A DNA stretch of 32,000 bases from Candidatus Omnitrophota bacterium (lineage in GTDB: Bacteria > Omnitrophota > Gorgyraeia > 2-01-FULL-45-10), in NCBI GenBank assembly GCA_023818895.1, contig JAMWCX010000002.1:120001-152000 (forward strand), in the 5' to 3' direction. Below, in pieces: positions 8,660-18,319 of the stretch. The notes under the pieces were generated by a model. That model saw nothing but the letters and a program-made list of their open reading frames with translations. It ran no database searches and was not told the DNA's origin. A program made the position numbers and the translations under genes. Each line of letters starts with the position of its first letter. Within the stretch, counting starts at the first letter, position 1.

Positions 8660-9346
8660 CTACCGGATATATGAAAGTAATCTATTCACGACCTCCTCCA
8701 CGGAGAGGTGAGTCGTATCAACGAATATCGCGTCGGCCGCTTTCTTAAGCGCGCCGACGTCCCTTTTCATGTCCGACTCGTCACGTAATAAAACGTCCTT
8801 TTTGATGTCTTCAAACTCGACCTTTTGATTTGCTTCTACAAGCTCCTTATATCGCCGCCTCGCTCTTTCCTCGACATCCGCGTCAAGGTAAAATTTAAAC
8901 TTGGCGTCAGGAAAGACCACAGTGCCGATATCCCTGCCTTCAAGCACAGCGCCACTACGTTCGCCAATAGCACGCTGCTGCTTCACCATCTCGGCCCTAA
9001 CACTTGGTATACGAGCCACATGTTTTACCTTGTTCGTGAGCTCCGGCGTTCGAATATCCAAACTCACGTCCTCGCCATCCAGGTACACTCTAAGCGATCC
9101 TCCCTCCTCCTTGAGGTCTATCCTCGTGGAGCGGGCAAGCGCGGTGACAGCATCGGCATCATCTAGGTCAATACCGCTTCTTAACGCTTTTAGCGTAAGC
9201 GCTCTGTACATTGCACCGGTATCTATATATAAAAGACCCAGCGACTTGGCTACCAATTTTGATACAGTGCTCTTCCCGCTGCCGGCAGGACCGTCTATCG
9301 CGACAACTAAGTGTTCAACGTCTTTTGCCATATAGAAATTTGTCAC
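8660..9346 (-). CDS. cmk: (d)CMP kinase (cytidylate kinase)
   Basis: P-loop AIDGPAGSGKSTVSK, followed by ...LLYIDTGAMYRA... and ...EGRDIGTVVFPDA.... The start is either GTG 9346 (weak AAGG SD) or ATG 9331 (MAKDVEHLVVAIDGP). Both overlap the tyrA 3' end. Confidence 0.92.
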   Translation of the reverse strand: MTNFYMAKDVEHLVVAIDGPAGSGKSTVSKLVAKSLGLLYIDTGAMYRALTLKALRSGIDLDDADAVTALARSTRIDLKEEGGSLRVYLDGEDVSLDIRTPELTNKVKHVARIPSVRAEMVKQQRAIGERSGAVLEGRDIGTVVFPDAKFKFYLDADVEERARRRYKELVEANQKVEFEDIKKDVLLRDESDMKRDVGALKKAADAIFVDTTHLSVEEVVNRLLSYIR

Positions 9347-10178
9347 GCTTCGCCTTGGCTTTGCCCAGCATCTTCACCGTAGCCAAATATTGGCCGCCGG
9401 CTATGGCTTTAATGACCTTTCCATAATAGCTTTCAAACATCCTCGCGGCCTCAAGCAAAGCCTTTTTATTTGTCAGGAATATATCAGCCCACAACTCAGG
9501 GTCGCTCGAAGCTATCCTTGTGGTATCTCTAAAACCCTCCGCCGAACACTCCATCTCCCTGCCGGGGACAGCACCAGCAAGACTGAAAGCAACAACATGC
9601 GGCAGGTGGCTTACCAAGGCGACTGTCCTGTCATGTTCCGAAGGGCTCATTATTTTGACCTTAGCGCCCAGAGACCTCCAGAAACCGGACACAACTCCAA
9701 GAGCTCGTTTATCGGTAGAGACCGTTCGTGTAACTATGCATAAAGACCCCTCGAAAAGATCTGCCTTTGCGAATTCTACGCCTGTATGTTCGGAACCAGC
9801 CATCGGATGCGAACCCACAAAAGATACCTGTGAGTGGCGACCAAGCGCATTTTCGCACTTAGCCACAATCCATCCCTTCGTGCTTCCGGCATCTGTGATA
9901 ATCGCGCCTTTTTTTGCAAAATTTACGGCTTCCCTGACGAGAACCGGTATAGAATGAACGGGTGTAGCCAATATTATAAGGTCGGCGTCTCTTACGCCTT
10001 CCTCGATGGTCATAAACCCTTTATCTACCGCCTTGTGCCTTAGCGCCCTATTGAGCGTGGAGCGGTGCCTAAAAACACCCACCACCTCCTCGGCCAGCCG
10101 TCTATTCTTTGCCGCAAGTCCTATAGATCCGCCGATCAGGCCAACACCGATAATCGTGATTCTCTTAAATCGCTTCAT
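9315..10178 (-). CDS. tyrA: prephenate dehydrogenase
   Basis: 287 aa. Rossmann motif ITIIGVGLIGGSIGLA, then GSHPMAG and HDRTVALVSHLPH, typical of the prephenate/arogenate dehydrogenase family. It sits within an aromatic amino-acid cluster. Confidence 0.88.
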   Translation of the reverse strand: MKRFKRITIIGVGLIGGSIGLAAKNRRLAEEVVGVFRHRSTLNRALRHKAVDKGFMTIEEGVRDADLIILATPVHSIPVLVREAVNFAKKGAIITDAGSTKGWIVAKCENALGRHSQVSFVGSHPMAGSEHTGVEFAKADLFEGSLCIVTRTVSTDKRALGVVSGFWRSLGAKVKIMSPSEHDRTVALVSHLPHVVAFSLAGAVPGREMECSAEGFRDTTRIASSDPELWADIFLTNKKALLEAARMFESYYGKVIKAIAGGQYLATVKMLGKAKAKRDKFLYGKRR

Positions 10179-10205
10179 ATTTCAACCCGAATATAGCGAC
10201 GATAT

Positions 10206-11222
10206 TTAAACCTCCCTACCCACCGCCTCCGCTATTTTCTTGACCTCTTTCATGAGCTTCGCAAAGTTTTCAGGATACAGGGACTGTTCTCCGTCTGAAA
10301 AAGCTTCTTCCGGATTTGGATGCACCTCTATTATGAGGCCATCAGCGCCGGCAGCCACCGCGGCTTTTGAAGCTGCCCCGACCAGTCCCCATTTACCTGT
10401 CGCATGCGACGGATCTACTATGATCGGAAGATGGCTCAGAGACTTTACTACCGCTATCGCGTTTATATCGAGCGTAAACCTAGTGGCATCCTCAAAAGTT
10501 CGGATACCTCTCTCGCAGAGGATGACATTGAAATTGCCTTCCGAGAGCACATATTCGGCGGACATCAGGAGCTCTTTTATGGTGCTGGACATGCCGCGCT
10601 TGAGCAGGACCGGCTTGCGGGTCTTGCCCACCTCCTTCAAGAGGTTAAAATTCTGCATATTCCTGGCGCCGATCTGTATTATGTCGGCGTATTTAGCGAC
10701 AAGTTCTGTATCGCGTAAATCCATAAGTTCCGTTACTATCTTAAGACCGGTCTCTTTTCTTGCCTGGGCAAGATATTTTAGGCCTTTCTCACCCAGACCC
10801 TGAAACGAGTAAGGTGAGGTTCGGGGCTTAAACGCTCCTCCCCTGAGAACAGTGGCACCGGCAGATTTCACCTTTTTGGCTATGTTTATCAAAAGTTTTT
10901 CGTCCTCAACTGAACACGGCCCGGCCATGATCACCAGCTTCTTCGAGCCGATCTTTATGCCGTCGCCTATATCTATTACACTGCCTTCTTTCTTAAAATC
11001 TCTCGAGGCGAGTTTATACGGCTTGAGTATCTGAAGCACCCTTTCGACGCCAGGAAATACCTCAAGAGGTTGAACCCTTATTACATCTTCCTCACCTATG
11101 ACGCCTATTATCGTCCTCTCAACACCTTTCGAGACCCATGGGGTAAGCCCCAATTTCTTTATCTTAGCGATAATATGGTCGGTCTGTTTCTTGGTAGCGT
11201 CAGGCCTAAGTACTATTATCAT
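10206..11222 (-). CDS. aroF: 3-deoxy-7-phosphoheptulonate (DAHP) synthase, type I-beta with N-terminal ferredoxin-like regulatory domain
   Basis: 338 aa. The N-terminal ~70 aa ([26 protein letters not shown]...) resembles the regulatory domain of Thermotoga-type DAHPS. The catalytic core carries [14 protein letters not shown] and VDPSHA motifs. GGAG SD before the ATG. Confidence 0.9.
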   Translation of the reverse strand: MIIVLRPDATKKQTDHIIAKIKKLGLTPWVSKGVERTIIGVIGEEDVIRVQPLEVFPGVERVLQILKPYKLASRDFKKEGSVIDIGDGIKIGSKKLVIMAGPCSVEDEKLLINIAKKVKSAGATVLRGGAFKPRTSPYSFQGLGEKGLKYLAQARKETGLKIVTELMDLRDTELVAKYADIIQIGARNMQNFNLLKEVGKTRKPVLLKRGMSSTIKELLMSAEYVLSEGNFNVILCERGIRTFEDATRFTLDINAIAVVKSLSHLPIIVDPSHATGKWGLVGAASKAAVAAGADGLIIEVHPNPEEAFSDGEQSLYPENFAKLMKEVKKIAEAVGREV

Positions 11223-11298
11223 GATATCTCCGCTTTAAGATTATACAAAGACAACGTCTTCCAATCACACATTGATAAATTCCTTCTGAGACTACGCA

Positions 11299-12399
11299 TC
11301 ACCCTCGACGTATTACGCTTTTCAGAGACTCTAAGAACTTTTCATTCTCTGCCCGCGTCCCTACCGTCACGCGTATGAAACTGTCCATACCCCATGCCTT
11401 CATATCGCGGACTATCACACCCTTTTTAAGAAGGGCGTTAAAGACCTGCTTGCAGTCGGCTTTTACGTCCACGAGAATGAAATTGGTTGCGCTTTCAATG
11501 TAATCGACGTTGTGCTTGCGCAACCAACTACAAAGAAATTCCTTTTCTCTGACAACGTGTTCGAGCGACTTTTTAAGAAATGCCTTGTCGTCAAGGGCTG
11601 CCGTCGCCGCTTCCTGGGCCAGCAGATTGACGTTAAAAGGTTCCCTTGTCCTCTCCATGTAGCCGATAACCTCAGGGCTCGATATGCCGTAACCTATCCT
11701 GAGACCCGCCAGGCCGTACGCCTTGGAGAAGGACCTAGCCACAATAACGCCTGGTCTGTCCAGATAATCCGTACCGTTTGGATAATCCCTATACATGTAA
11801 TTGGCGAACTCAAAATAGGCCTCATCCAGAAATACGACGACCTTGTCAGGAAGGCCTTCGAGGAATGATTCAAGTTCATTTTTAGTAACATAGGTGCCAG
11901 TGGGATTATCTGGATTCGCTATGAAGACTATCTTGGTCCTTTCAGTGACGGCGTCCTTCATGGCACGCAGGTCATGCTTGAGGCTTGAGTCAATAGGAAC
12001 GAATCTGACTGTCGCGTCCTGAATCTGTGAAACTATCTCATATATCAGAAAAGTAGGCTTTGCCATGACAACCTCGTCGCCAGGCGCCACAAATGTTCTT
12101 ACCGCCATGCAGATGATCTCATCCGAGCCATTACCAAATATAAGGCTGGCCTCGTCCACGCCAAGCTTTTTCGCCAATTTCTTACGCAGGTAAAAGCAAG
12201 AGGTATCCGGATAGCGGTTTATATTGACGAGACTCTTTCGTATGGACGCGAGGGCTTTTGGTGATGGGCCGAGGCAATTCTCATTAGAGGCAAGCTTCAC
12301 AACCTCTTTAAGACCCAGCTGTCTCTGAACCTCTTCTATCGGTTTTCCGGGAACATACTGGTTAACTTTCAATATGTTCGGTCTCACACGGTTCTTCAT
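11299..12399 (-). CDS. hisC: histidinol-phosphate/aromatic aminotransferase (class II PLP aminotransferase)
   Basis: 366 aa with ASNENCLGPSP, NPDNPTG and the PLP-lysine motif RSFSKAYGLAGLRIGY. Its placement between pheA and aroF/tyrA suggests a role in Phe/Tyr transamination. Confidence 0.85.
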   Translation of the reverse strand: MKNRVRPNILKVNQYVPGKPIEEVQRQLGLKEVVKLASNENCLGPSPKALASIRKSLVNINRYPDTSCFYLRKKLAKKLGVDEASLIFGNGSDEIICMAVRTFVAPGDEVVMAKPTFLIYEIVSQIQDATVRFVPIDSSLKHDLRAMKDAVTERTKIVFIANPDNPTGTYVTKNELESFLEGLPDKVVVFLDEAYFEFANYMYRDYPNGTDYLDRPGVIVARSFSKAYGLAGLRIGYGISSPEVIGYMERTREPFNVNLLAQEAATAALDDKAFLKKSLEHVVREKEFLCSWLRKHNVDYIESATNFILVDVKADCKQVFNALLKKGVIVRDMKAWGMDSFIRVTVGTRAENEKFLESLKSVIRRG

Positions 12400-12402
12400 A
12401 TT

Positions 12403-13473
12403 TTAAATGCTGTCTTCTACGGGGTACGAACCCAGTATCTTCATGTACGTCGCCGATTTCTTGAGCTCAGCGAGCGGTTTTGCCACTTTGGCGTCATGAT
12501 AATGGCCTTCCAGGTCAACAAAGAAATAATATTCCCACGCCCTCATCCTAGATGGTCTGGACTCGATCTTGGTCATGTTTATACCATGCCTTTTAAACGG
12601 CACAAGCATGTCATGCAGAGCACCAGCCCTGTCCTTGACAGAGAACATTATGGATGTCTTGTCATGTTTCGTTGGCCGCGCCTCCGTTTTGCCTATAACA
12701 AGAAAACGCGTGACGTTGTGAACGCTGTCCTCTATCGAACGATAGAGCGTCTTAAGATTATACTTCTTTGCCGCAAGCTCGCTCGCTATACAGGCCGCGC
12801 CGGCTTCCTTCGAGGCGATTTCGGCGGCTTTTGCTGTGCTCGACACCTCAACAAGCTCCACCCTTGGCAGATTCGCTTCAAGCCATAGCCGGCATTGCCC
12901 AAAGACCTGCGATTTGGAATAAACTCGCTTTATTCTCCTCTTGTCTGTTTCACGCGACAAGAGATTATGGGAGACTTCCAGATAAATCTCGGAACATATC
13001 TTAAGGTCCGAATCTATGAACATGTCGAGCGTGTGCGTGATAGCGCCGTCGATGGAATTTTCTATAGGCACAACACCGTAATCAGCTCTTCCCTTTTCGA
13101 CCTCGCTGAAAACATCCGTAATAGTATCGCAGCTGGTATAACTAACGCTTGAGCCGAATTTCTTCATGCTCGCAAGATGGGTAAATGTAAACTCCGGCCC
13201 GAGATATGCTATCTTAAGAGGCTTCTCAAGCCGTAACGAAGCCGACATGATCTCTCTAAAAATAGCTCTGACGGAATCGTTGGGAAGCGGCCCTTTATTT
13301 CTCGACACCGCCTTCTCATAGACATCTTTCTCTCTTTCAGGAACGTACGCGGAATCTTTAGATCGTTTTTTGATTTTTCCTATATCAAGGATGATTCCAG
13401 CCCTCTTATTCAAAAGCTTAAGTATCTGAGAGTCTATCTCGTCAACTTTCTTCCGCAGTTTCTTCAGATCCAT
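12403..13473 (-). CDS. pheA: bifunctional chorismate mutase / prephenate dehydratase (P-protein)
   Basis: CM domain (LRKKVDEIDSQILKLLNKRAGI), PDT domain (IAYLGPEFTFTH...TRFLVIG) and ACT domain (..MTKIESRPS..). The ORF extends to 13662, but that extension lies in an alternative frame of scpB. ATG 13473 has an AAGGAG SD 7 nt upstream, so I use it. This gives a 32-nt overlap with the scpB 3' end. Confidence 0.9.
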   Translation of the reverse strand: MDLKKLRKKVDEIDSQILKLLNKRAGIILDIGKIKKRSKDSAYVPEREKDVYEKAVSRNKGPLPNDSVRAIFREIMSASLRLEKPLKIAYLGPEFTFTHLASMKKFGSSVSYTSCDTITDVFSEVEKGRADYGVVPIENSIDGAITHTLDMFIDSDLKICSEIYLEVSHNLLSRETDKRRIKRVYSKSQVFGQCRLWLEANLPRVELVEVSSTAKAAEIASKEAGAACIASELAAKKYNLKTLYRSIEDSVHNVTRFLVIGKTEARPTKHDKTSIMFSVKDRAGALHDMLVPFKRHGINMTKIESRPSRMRAWEYYFFVDLEGHYHDAKVAKPLAELKKSATYMKILGSYPVEDSI

Positions 13474-14185
13474 TAACATTCTCCTTCTTGATATCACCTT
13501 CGGCTGCCGCGACATCGGCATTCGCATCCGCTTCTGGCGTGAGCGTGGGAGCGTTTTGGGAAGGCACGGTATCAACATCTGCCGGAGCCGTCTGCTGGAT
13601 ATACAATTTCCCCGTTGAAGTATCAACGACCTCAGTCTTCGATTTTTCTTTAGTGAAATCAAGGTCGCTTTCCTGAAACTCTTTCAGCTTGGGAAGCTCA
13701 TCAAGTGACCTCAAGCCAAAATGCTGCAAGAATTCGTTCGTTGTGCCATAAAGTATAGGCCTTCCCGGGGCATCAAGTCTTCCTTTCGTCCTTATCAATC
13801 CTCTCTCTTCAAGAGTACGTAGCACGCCGTCCACATTGACGCCTCTTATAGCCTCAATATCGGCGCGGGTTATTGGCTGTTTATACGCTATAATGGCCAG
13901 CGTTTCAAGCGAAGGGCCGGTAAGCCTATCGGGCGTCTTCTTATACAGGGCTGATATCCAGCGGCTGTATACCGGATCGGTCAACATCTGAAAACCACCC
14001 GCTATTTCCCTAATATGAAAACTCCTCCCTGAAGAGGCGTATTCCTTGTTAAGCTCTTCTATTATCGAGCGCACCTCCGTGGCTTCGACCTCTTTTATCA
14101 CATCTCTAAGAGTATCTATAGAAACGGGTTTATCACTTACAAACAGAAGCGCTTCTAATATCCTCTTGGTTTCCTCCCTATCCAT
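13442..14185 (-). CDS. scpB: SMC-ScpA-ScpB condensin subunit ScpB, with long acidic C-terminal tail
   Basis: ILEALLFVSDKPVSIDTL..., ...LAIIAYKQPITRADIEAIRGV... and GRPILYGTTNEFLQHFGL are classic ScpB winged-helix motifs. ATG 14185 (GGTGG SD) is preferred over GTG 14197. The roughly 75 aa after the conserved core are low-complexity and acidic. Confidence 0.9.
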   Translation of the reverse strand: MDREETKRILEALLFVSDKPVSIDTLRDVIKEVEATEVRSIIEELNKEYASSGRSFHIREIAGGFQMLTDPVYSRWISALYKKTPDRLTGPSLETLAIIAYKQPITRADIEAIRGVNVDGVLRTLEERGLIRTKGRLDAPGRPILYGTTNEFLQHFGLRSLDELPKLKEFQESDLDFTKEKSKTEVVDTSTGKLYIQQTAPADVDTVPSQNAPTLTPEADANADVAAAEGDIKKENVNGSEETAEES

Positions 14186-14933
14186 TCGCTTCACCACCTG
14201 CTGGTTTTATCGTTTCGGTATTCTTTATTACCTCTATATCGCCAAAGGGCGAAAGCTGCCGTACAATGATTTCCCGTATCTTTATCAGCTCAAGAATCGC
14301 AAGAAACGTCGTTATGATTTCGACTTTGCTTTTTGTGTTCCTGAATAGCTCGGTAAACATAATGGTCGGCCTGTTAACAAGCATATGTAATATGTCGTGT
14401 ATCTTCTCGGAAACCGTAAATTCGTCTTTTACAACCTTATGGAAGACCTCCTTAGGAATATCCTTCAGGACCTTCGTAAACGCGGTTATTAGATCAAAGA
14501 GGCTCGCTTCAAAAAACTCCTCCGCCGATGGGGGAAGATTTTCGAGATCCACGCCGGGCCCCACGCGGGCAAAGAAATGTTTATGTTGCGACTCTTTCTG
14601 CGCCAGTTCGTTAGCCGCCTCCTTAAATTTTTTGTATTCTAGCAGTCTCCGTACGAGTTCTGCCCGCGGGTCCTCCTCCTCAGCCTCCTCGCCCTCGACC
14701 TGATCCGGCGGCAACAACATCCTAGACTTAATATGCATAAGAGTTGCTGCCATAACCAAAAACTCACCCGCTATGTTAAGGTCCAAAAGCTGCATAAGTT
14801 CAAGATATTCAAGGTATTGGTCGGTGATCTTCGCTATAGGTATGTCATATATATCGATCTCCTCCTTCTTGATCAGATAAAGGAGCAAATCAAGCGGCCC
14901 TTCAAACACTTCAAGCTTTACTTTATAAGTCAT
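14178..14933 (-). CDS. scpA: segregation and condensation protein A (kleisin ScpA)
   Basis: The N-terminus VFEGPLDLLLYLIKKEEIDIYDIPIAKITDQYLEYL is a hallmark of ScpA. ATGA overlap with the trpS stop. Confidence 0.93.
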   Translation of the reverse strand: MTYKVKLEVFEGPLDLLLYLIKKEEIDIYDIPIAKITDQYLEYLELMQLLDLNIAGEFLVMAATLMHIKSRMLLPPDQVEGEEAEEEDPRAELVRRLLEYKKFKEAANELAQKESQHKHFFARVGPGVDLENLPPSAEEFFEASLFDLITAFTKVLKDIPKEVFHKVVKDEFTVSEKIHDILHMLVNRPTIMFTELFRNTKSKVEIITTFLAILELIKIREIIVRQLSPFGDIEVIKNTETIKPAGGEANG

Positions 14934-15925
14934 GAAATTTGCACAAAGTGGATAAGCGACCTGACCTGAGCCATCGTTTCCGCAGCCGCGCGGGAAGCTT
15001 TCTTCGCGCCTTCTTTAAGGATATCTCTCACGTCTTCCTCGGAAATATTAGCCCTTTTCTGCCTCATAGGCTCAAGATACCCCACTAGTATCTTTGCAAG
15101 GCTCTTTTTACATTCTGTGCAGCCAAGCTTTGCCCCCTCGCACCAGTCCCTAACGTTGTCCAGAAGGTGCGGTTCAGCAAATATCGCGTAGTAACTGAAT
15201 ACATTGCATACTTCTGGATGACCTTTGTCTTTGAGCTTAATCCTTGCCGGATCCGTAATCATCTGGCTAACCTTCTTCTCTATTTCATGGGGCTTATCTG
15301 AAAGCGCAATGAAATTACCGTAGCTCTTTGACATCTTCCTGTTGTCGAGCCCGGCAAGTTTCGGCGTCTTGGTAAGCAAGGGCTCCGGCTCGGGAAAGAT
15401 AGCCTTGCCGTAAAGCGCATTAAACCTTCGAACTATCTCCCGCGTAAGTTCTAGGTGAGGAAGCTGATCCACCCCTACCGGCACGGCATTAGCCTTATAG
15501 AGCGCTATGTCCGCGGCTTGGAGAATTGGATAACCGAGAAACCCATATGTTGTAAGGTCTCTTCCTTTTATTTCGCGCAGCTGCTCCTTGTACGTAGGGC
15601 ATCTTTCAACCCATCCTAACGGCGTTATGTCCGAAAAGACCATTGCAAGCTCGAGATGTTCCGGAACATGTGATTGCACGAAGAGGACGCTTTTGTCAGG
15701 GTCGATACCCGCGGCGATAAAGTCCATAGCCATCTCTATGGAGTTCTCCGCCATGCCCTTTGGATCTTCATATTCGCTCATAAGCGCGTGCCAGTCGGCG
15801 ATCATATAAAAACACTGGTATTCCTGCTGCAGTTTGACCCAATTGTTCAAGGCCCCCACAAGATGGCCGAGGTGGAGCCTGCCCGTAGGCCTCATGCCGC
15901 TCAAGACACGTTTTTTTGAAGTCAT
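14930..15925 (-). CDS. trpS: tryptophan--tRNA ligase
   Basis: 331 aa class I aaRS with a HIGH-type motif (TGRLHLGHLVG), the KMSKS motif (RKMSKSYGN) and the GxDQ motif (GVDQLPHLE). Confidence 0.95.
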   Translation of the reverse strand: MTSKKRVLSGMRPTGRLHLGHLVGALNNWVKLQQEYQCFYMIADWHALMSEYEDPKGMAENSIEMAMDFIAAGIDPDKSVLFVQSHVPEHLELAMVFSDITPLGWVERCPTYKEQLREIKGRDLTTYGFLGYPILQAADIALYKANAVPVGVDQLPHLELTREIVRRFNALYGKAIFPEPEPLLTKTPKLAGLDNRKMSKSYGNFIALSDKPHEIEKKVSQMITDPARIKLKDKGHPEVCNVFSYYAIFAEPHLLDNVRDWCEGAKLGCTECKKSLAKILVGYLEPMRQKRANISEEDVRDILKEGAKKASRAAAETMAQVRSLIHFVQIS

Positions 15926-16000
15926 ATCCGCTCACTAATTAGCAAAGAGTTGCCACTAAAACTTATGGATTTCAACACCGCTTTTTTGGTTTCTATCGAA

Positions 16001-18319
16001 TCACTTCCTATGCTCCAACCTTCTTGCAATCTTCTCGATCTGATACACCTCAATCAAGTCGCCAACCTTTATGTCATCATGGCCCGCCAGTCCTATGCCA
16101 CACTCGAAGCCTTCGGCAACCTCGCGCACATCGTCCTTGAATCGCTTCAACGATGCGATCTTGCCCTCATACACGACATTTTTGTCTCTGACAAGCTTGG
16201 CTATACCAGTACGGACTATCTTTCCCCTAACAACCTGACTGCCTGCTATCGTCCCCGCCTTAGTCACCCTGAATATTTGTTTAACTATAGCCCTTCCCAC
16301 AAAGACCTCTTTGGATACAGGTTCCAGCAAACCTTCCATCGCAGCCTTTACATCCTCTATCGCTTCGTATATGATGCCGTAGGTCTTTATCTCAATGCCT
16401 TCCTTTGCCGCCAACGCCGAGGCGCCATCATCAACCTTGACATTAAAACCTATTACCACAGCGTTAGAGGCGACGGCAAGCATTACGTCGGACTCGCTTA
16501 TGTTACCAACGTCGGCATGTATTATACTGACCTTCACGTCTTTTGTGCTAAGTTCAAGCAGCGACGCCTTTAGCGCTTCTACCGAGCCCTGGACATCGCC
16601 TTTCAGCAGAATCACAAGTTCTTTCGTTGCGCCTTCTTTCATCTTGCTGTAGAAATCCTCAAGGGTGACTCGCTGCGACATCTTAAGTCTTCTCGAGCGC
16701 GCCTCATCCTGTTTCAGAAGAGAAAGCGTTCTGGCCTTCTTCTCGTCCTTTACTACGAAGAATTCGTCTCCAGCCATAGGCACGCCGGACAGACCGAGCA
16801 CCGTAACAGGCTTTGAGGGCGGGGCTTCTTCCACCCGGCTTCCAGTATGATCCATCATCGCCTTTATGCGCCCGTAATGCATACCTGTAAGTATTAAATC
16901 GCCTACCCTGAGGGTACCATTTTTCACAAGCACTGTGGCCACCGGCCCCTGACCGCTGGAAAGTTTTCCTTCTATCACTATCCCGCGCGCTCTCAAGACG
17001 GGATTGGCCTTAAGCTCCAGAAGCTCTGCTTCAAGAAGAAGCATCTCAAGAAGATGGTCCACGCCTTCGCCCGTCTTCGCGGAGACAGGAACGGCTATCG
17101 TCTTGCCTCCCCAGTCCTCGGGGGTAAGGCCTATCTGCGCAAGCTGACCCTTCACCTTTTCAACGTTGGCGGAAGGCAGATCGCACTTGTTAATAGCGAC
17201 CACTATTGTGACGCCAGCGGCTCTCGCATGATCGAGAGCTTCTTTAGTTTGCGGCATCACGCCGTCATCAGCGGCAACGACAAGAACCACTATATCGGTA
17301 GCATTCGCGCCTCTTGCCCTCATCGCCGTGAACGCTTCGTGACCCGGCGTGTCGAGAAACGTCACGGAACCGTTCTTGAGCTTTACCTCATAAGCCCCTA
17401 TATGCTGGGTGATACCGCCCTTTTCCTTGTCAGCAACTCGCGTCTTACGTATAAAATCGAGAAGACTCGTCTTACCATGATCGACATGGCCCATGAATGT
17501 GACAACCGGAGGTCGGCCGACCAAATGTCTTGCATCCTGTTTGGCCTCGAGCTCCATATGCTCCTTGGCGACTTGCTCCGTCACCTTAGCGGGTTTCCTG
17601 AATTCTATGCCGCGCGCCTTTAGTATGCTGGCCACTATCTCTTCTCCCAGAGACTGGTTTATAGTGGCAAATATGTTTTTTGACATAAGTTCTAGAATTA
17701 TCTCGTTCGGCTTGACATTAATCTTACTAGCAAGTTCTTTTAGCGCTATGGGAGTATCTAATTCGAGGATTTTCGGCTTTGTCTCAGCCGCCGACGGCTC
17801 AGGCACCGGCTTTGCTTCTTTAGGTGATGGCGCAGGCGCGACAACAGACTTTTCTTCGGATGCGGGCGGCTTGGTAGGCGGCTGGACCACTTGCGGCTTG
17901 GGCGCGGCTGGTTTAGGGGGCTCGACTGGCTTTATATGCTCTTCTTCCGCAACCGGCTTGGGCTCTACTTTTGAAACAGGTTTAGGCTCCGGCTTGGGAG
18001 CAGGCGGCGATTCGGTCTTCGGCGCCGATTTTGGAATGGGCTCGACCTCCACGTTTACTTCAGGCTCTTTCTTCGGCGCAGGGGTCTTTAATGCTGCGGG
18101 TTTCTGAATATCGGCCTTTGGCTCGGGCGCGACCTTGACCGCAGGTATTCCATGCTCTTTTAAAGGCAACTTTTCTTTCTTTGCTGGGGCCTTCCTCGCG
18201 ACAGCCTTCTTTGCCCCGGCCGCCTTTTCGGAAACGGCCTTTTTAATCCTGCTCTTGGCCTTTGTCGCCGTTTTTTTCGCCTTTTCTTTCGTTTCTTTTG
18301 TCTTGATTTTAGCCATCAT
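16001..18319 (-). CDS. infB: translation initiation factor IF-2
   Basis: 772 aa. G domain motifs [20 protein letters not shown] and NKCD, plus C-terminal beta-barrel domains. The N-terminal ~190 aa is low-complexity and rich in K/P/A/E. The ATG start forms an ATGA overlap with the nusA stop. Confidence 0.97.
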   Translation of the reverse strand: MMAKIKTKETKEKAKKTATKAKSRIKKAVSEKAAGAKKAVARKAPAKKEKLPLKEHGIPAVKVAPEPKADIQKPAALKTPAPKKEPEVNVEVEPIPKSAPKTESPPAPKPEPKPVSKVEPKPVAEEEHIKPVEPPKPAAPKPQVVQPPTKPPASEEKSVVAPAPSPKEAKPVPEPSAAETKPKILELDTPIALKELASKINVKPNEIILELMSKNIFATINQSLGEEIVASILKARGIEFRKPAKVTEQVAKEHMELEAKQDARHLVGRPPVVTFMGHVDHGKTSLLDFIRKTRVADKEKGGITQHIGAYEVKLKNGSVTFLDTPGHEAFTAMRARGANATDIVVLVVAADDGVMPQTKEALDHARAAGVTIVVAINKCDLPSANVEKVKGQLAQIGLTPEDWGGKTIAVPVSAKTGEGVDHLLEMLLLEAELLELKANPVLRARGIVIEGKLSSGQGPVATVLVKNGTLRVGDLILTGMHYGRIKAMMDHTGSRVEEAPPSKPVTVLGLSGVPMAGDEFFVVKDEKKARTLSLLKQDEARSRRLKMSQRVTLEDFYSKMKEGATKELVILLKGDVQGSVEALKASLLELSTKDVKVSIIHADVGNISESDVMLAVASNAVVIGFNVKVDDGASALAAKEGIEIKTYGIIYEAIEDVKAAMEGLLEPVSKEVFVGRAIVKQIFRVTKAGTIAGSQVVRGKIVRTGIAKLVRDKNVVYEGKIASLKRFKDDVREVAEGFECGIGLAGHDDIKVGDLIEVYQIEKIARRLEHRK

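Noticed and set aside
13474-13662. N-terminal 63-aa extension of the pheA ORF (MISLKKNRRLRSLILQRGNCISSRR...)
   Set aside because: It overlaps the scpB C-terminal coding region in another frame, is Arg-rich nonsense-like sequence, and has no SD. ATG 13473 has an ideal AAGGAG SD and starts exactly at the chorismate mutase helix.
15926-16000. Possible T-box or other leader upstream of trpS, and an FMN riboswitch near ribF
   Set aside because: The infB-trpS spacer is only 75 nt and has no specifier, terminator or antiterminator architecture. ribF overlaps truB (ATGA), which leaves no leader. ribF is also not normally FMN-riboswitch controlled.
17780-18110. Repetitive PKPEPKPV / APKP-type DNA that could be mistaken for a tandem repeat or array
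   Set aside because: It is in frame within infB and encodes the variable low-complexity N-terminal region common in IF-2 proteins. There is no spacer-repeat periodicity, and the units are imperfect.
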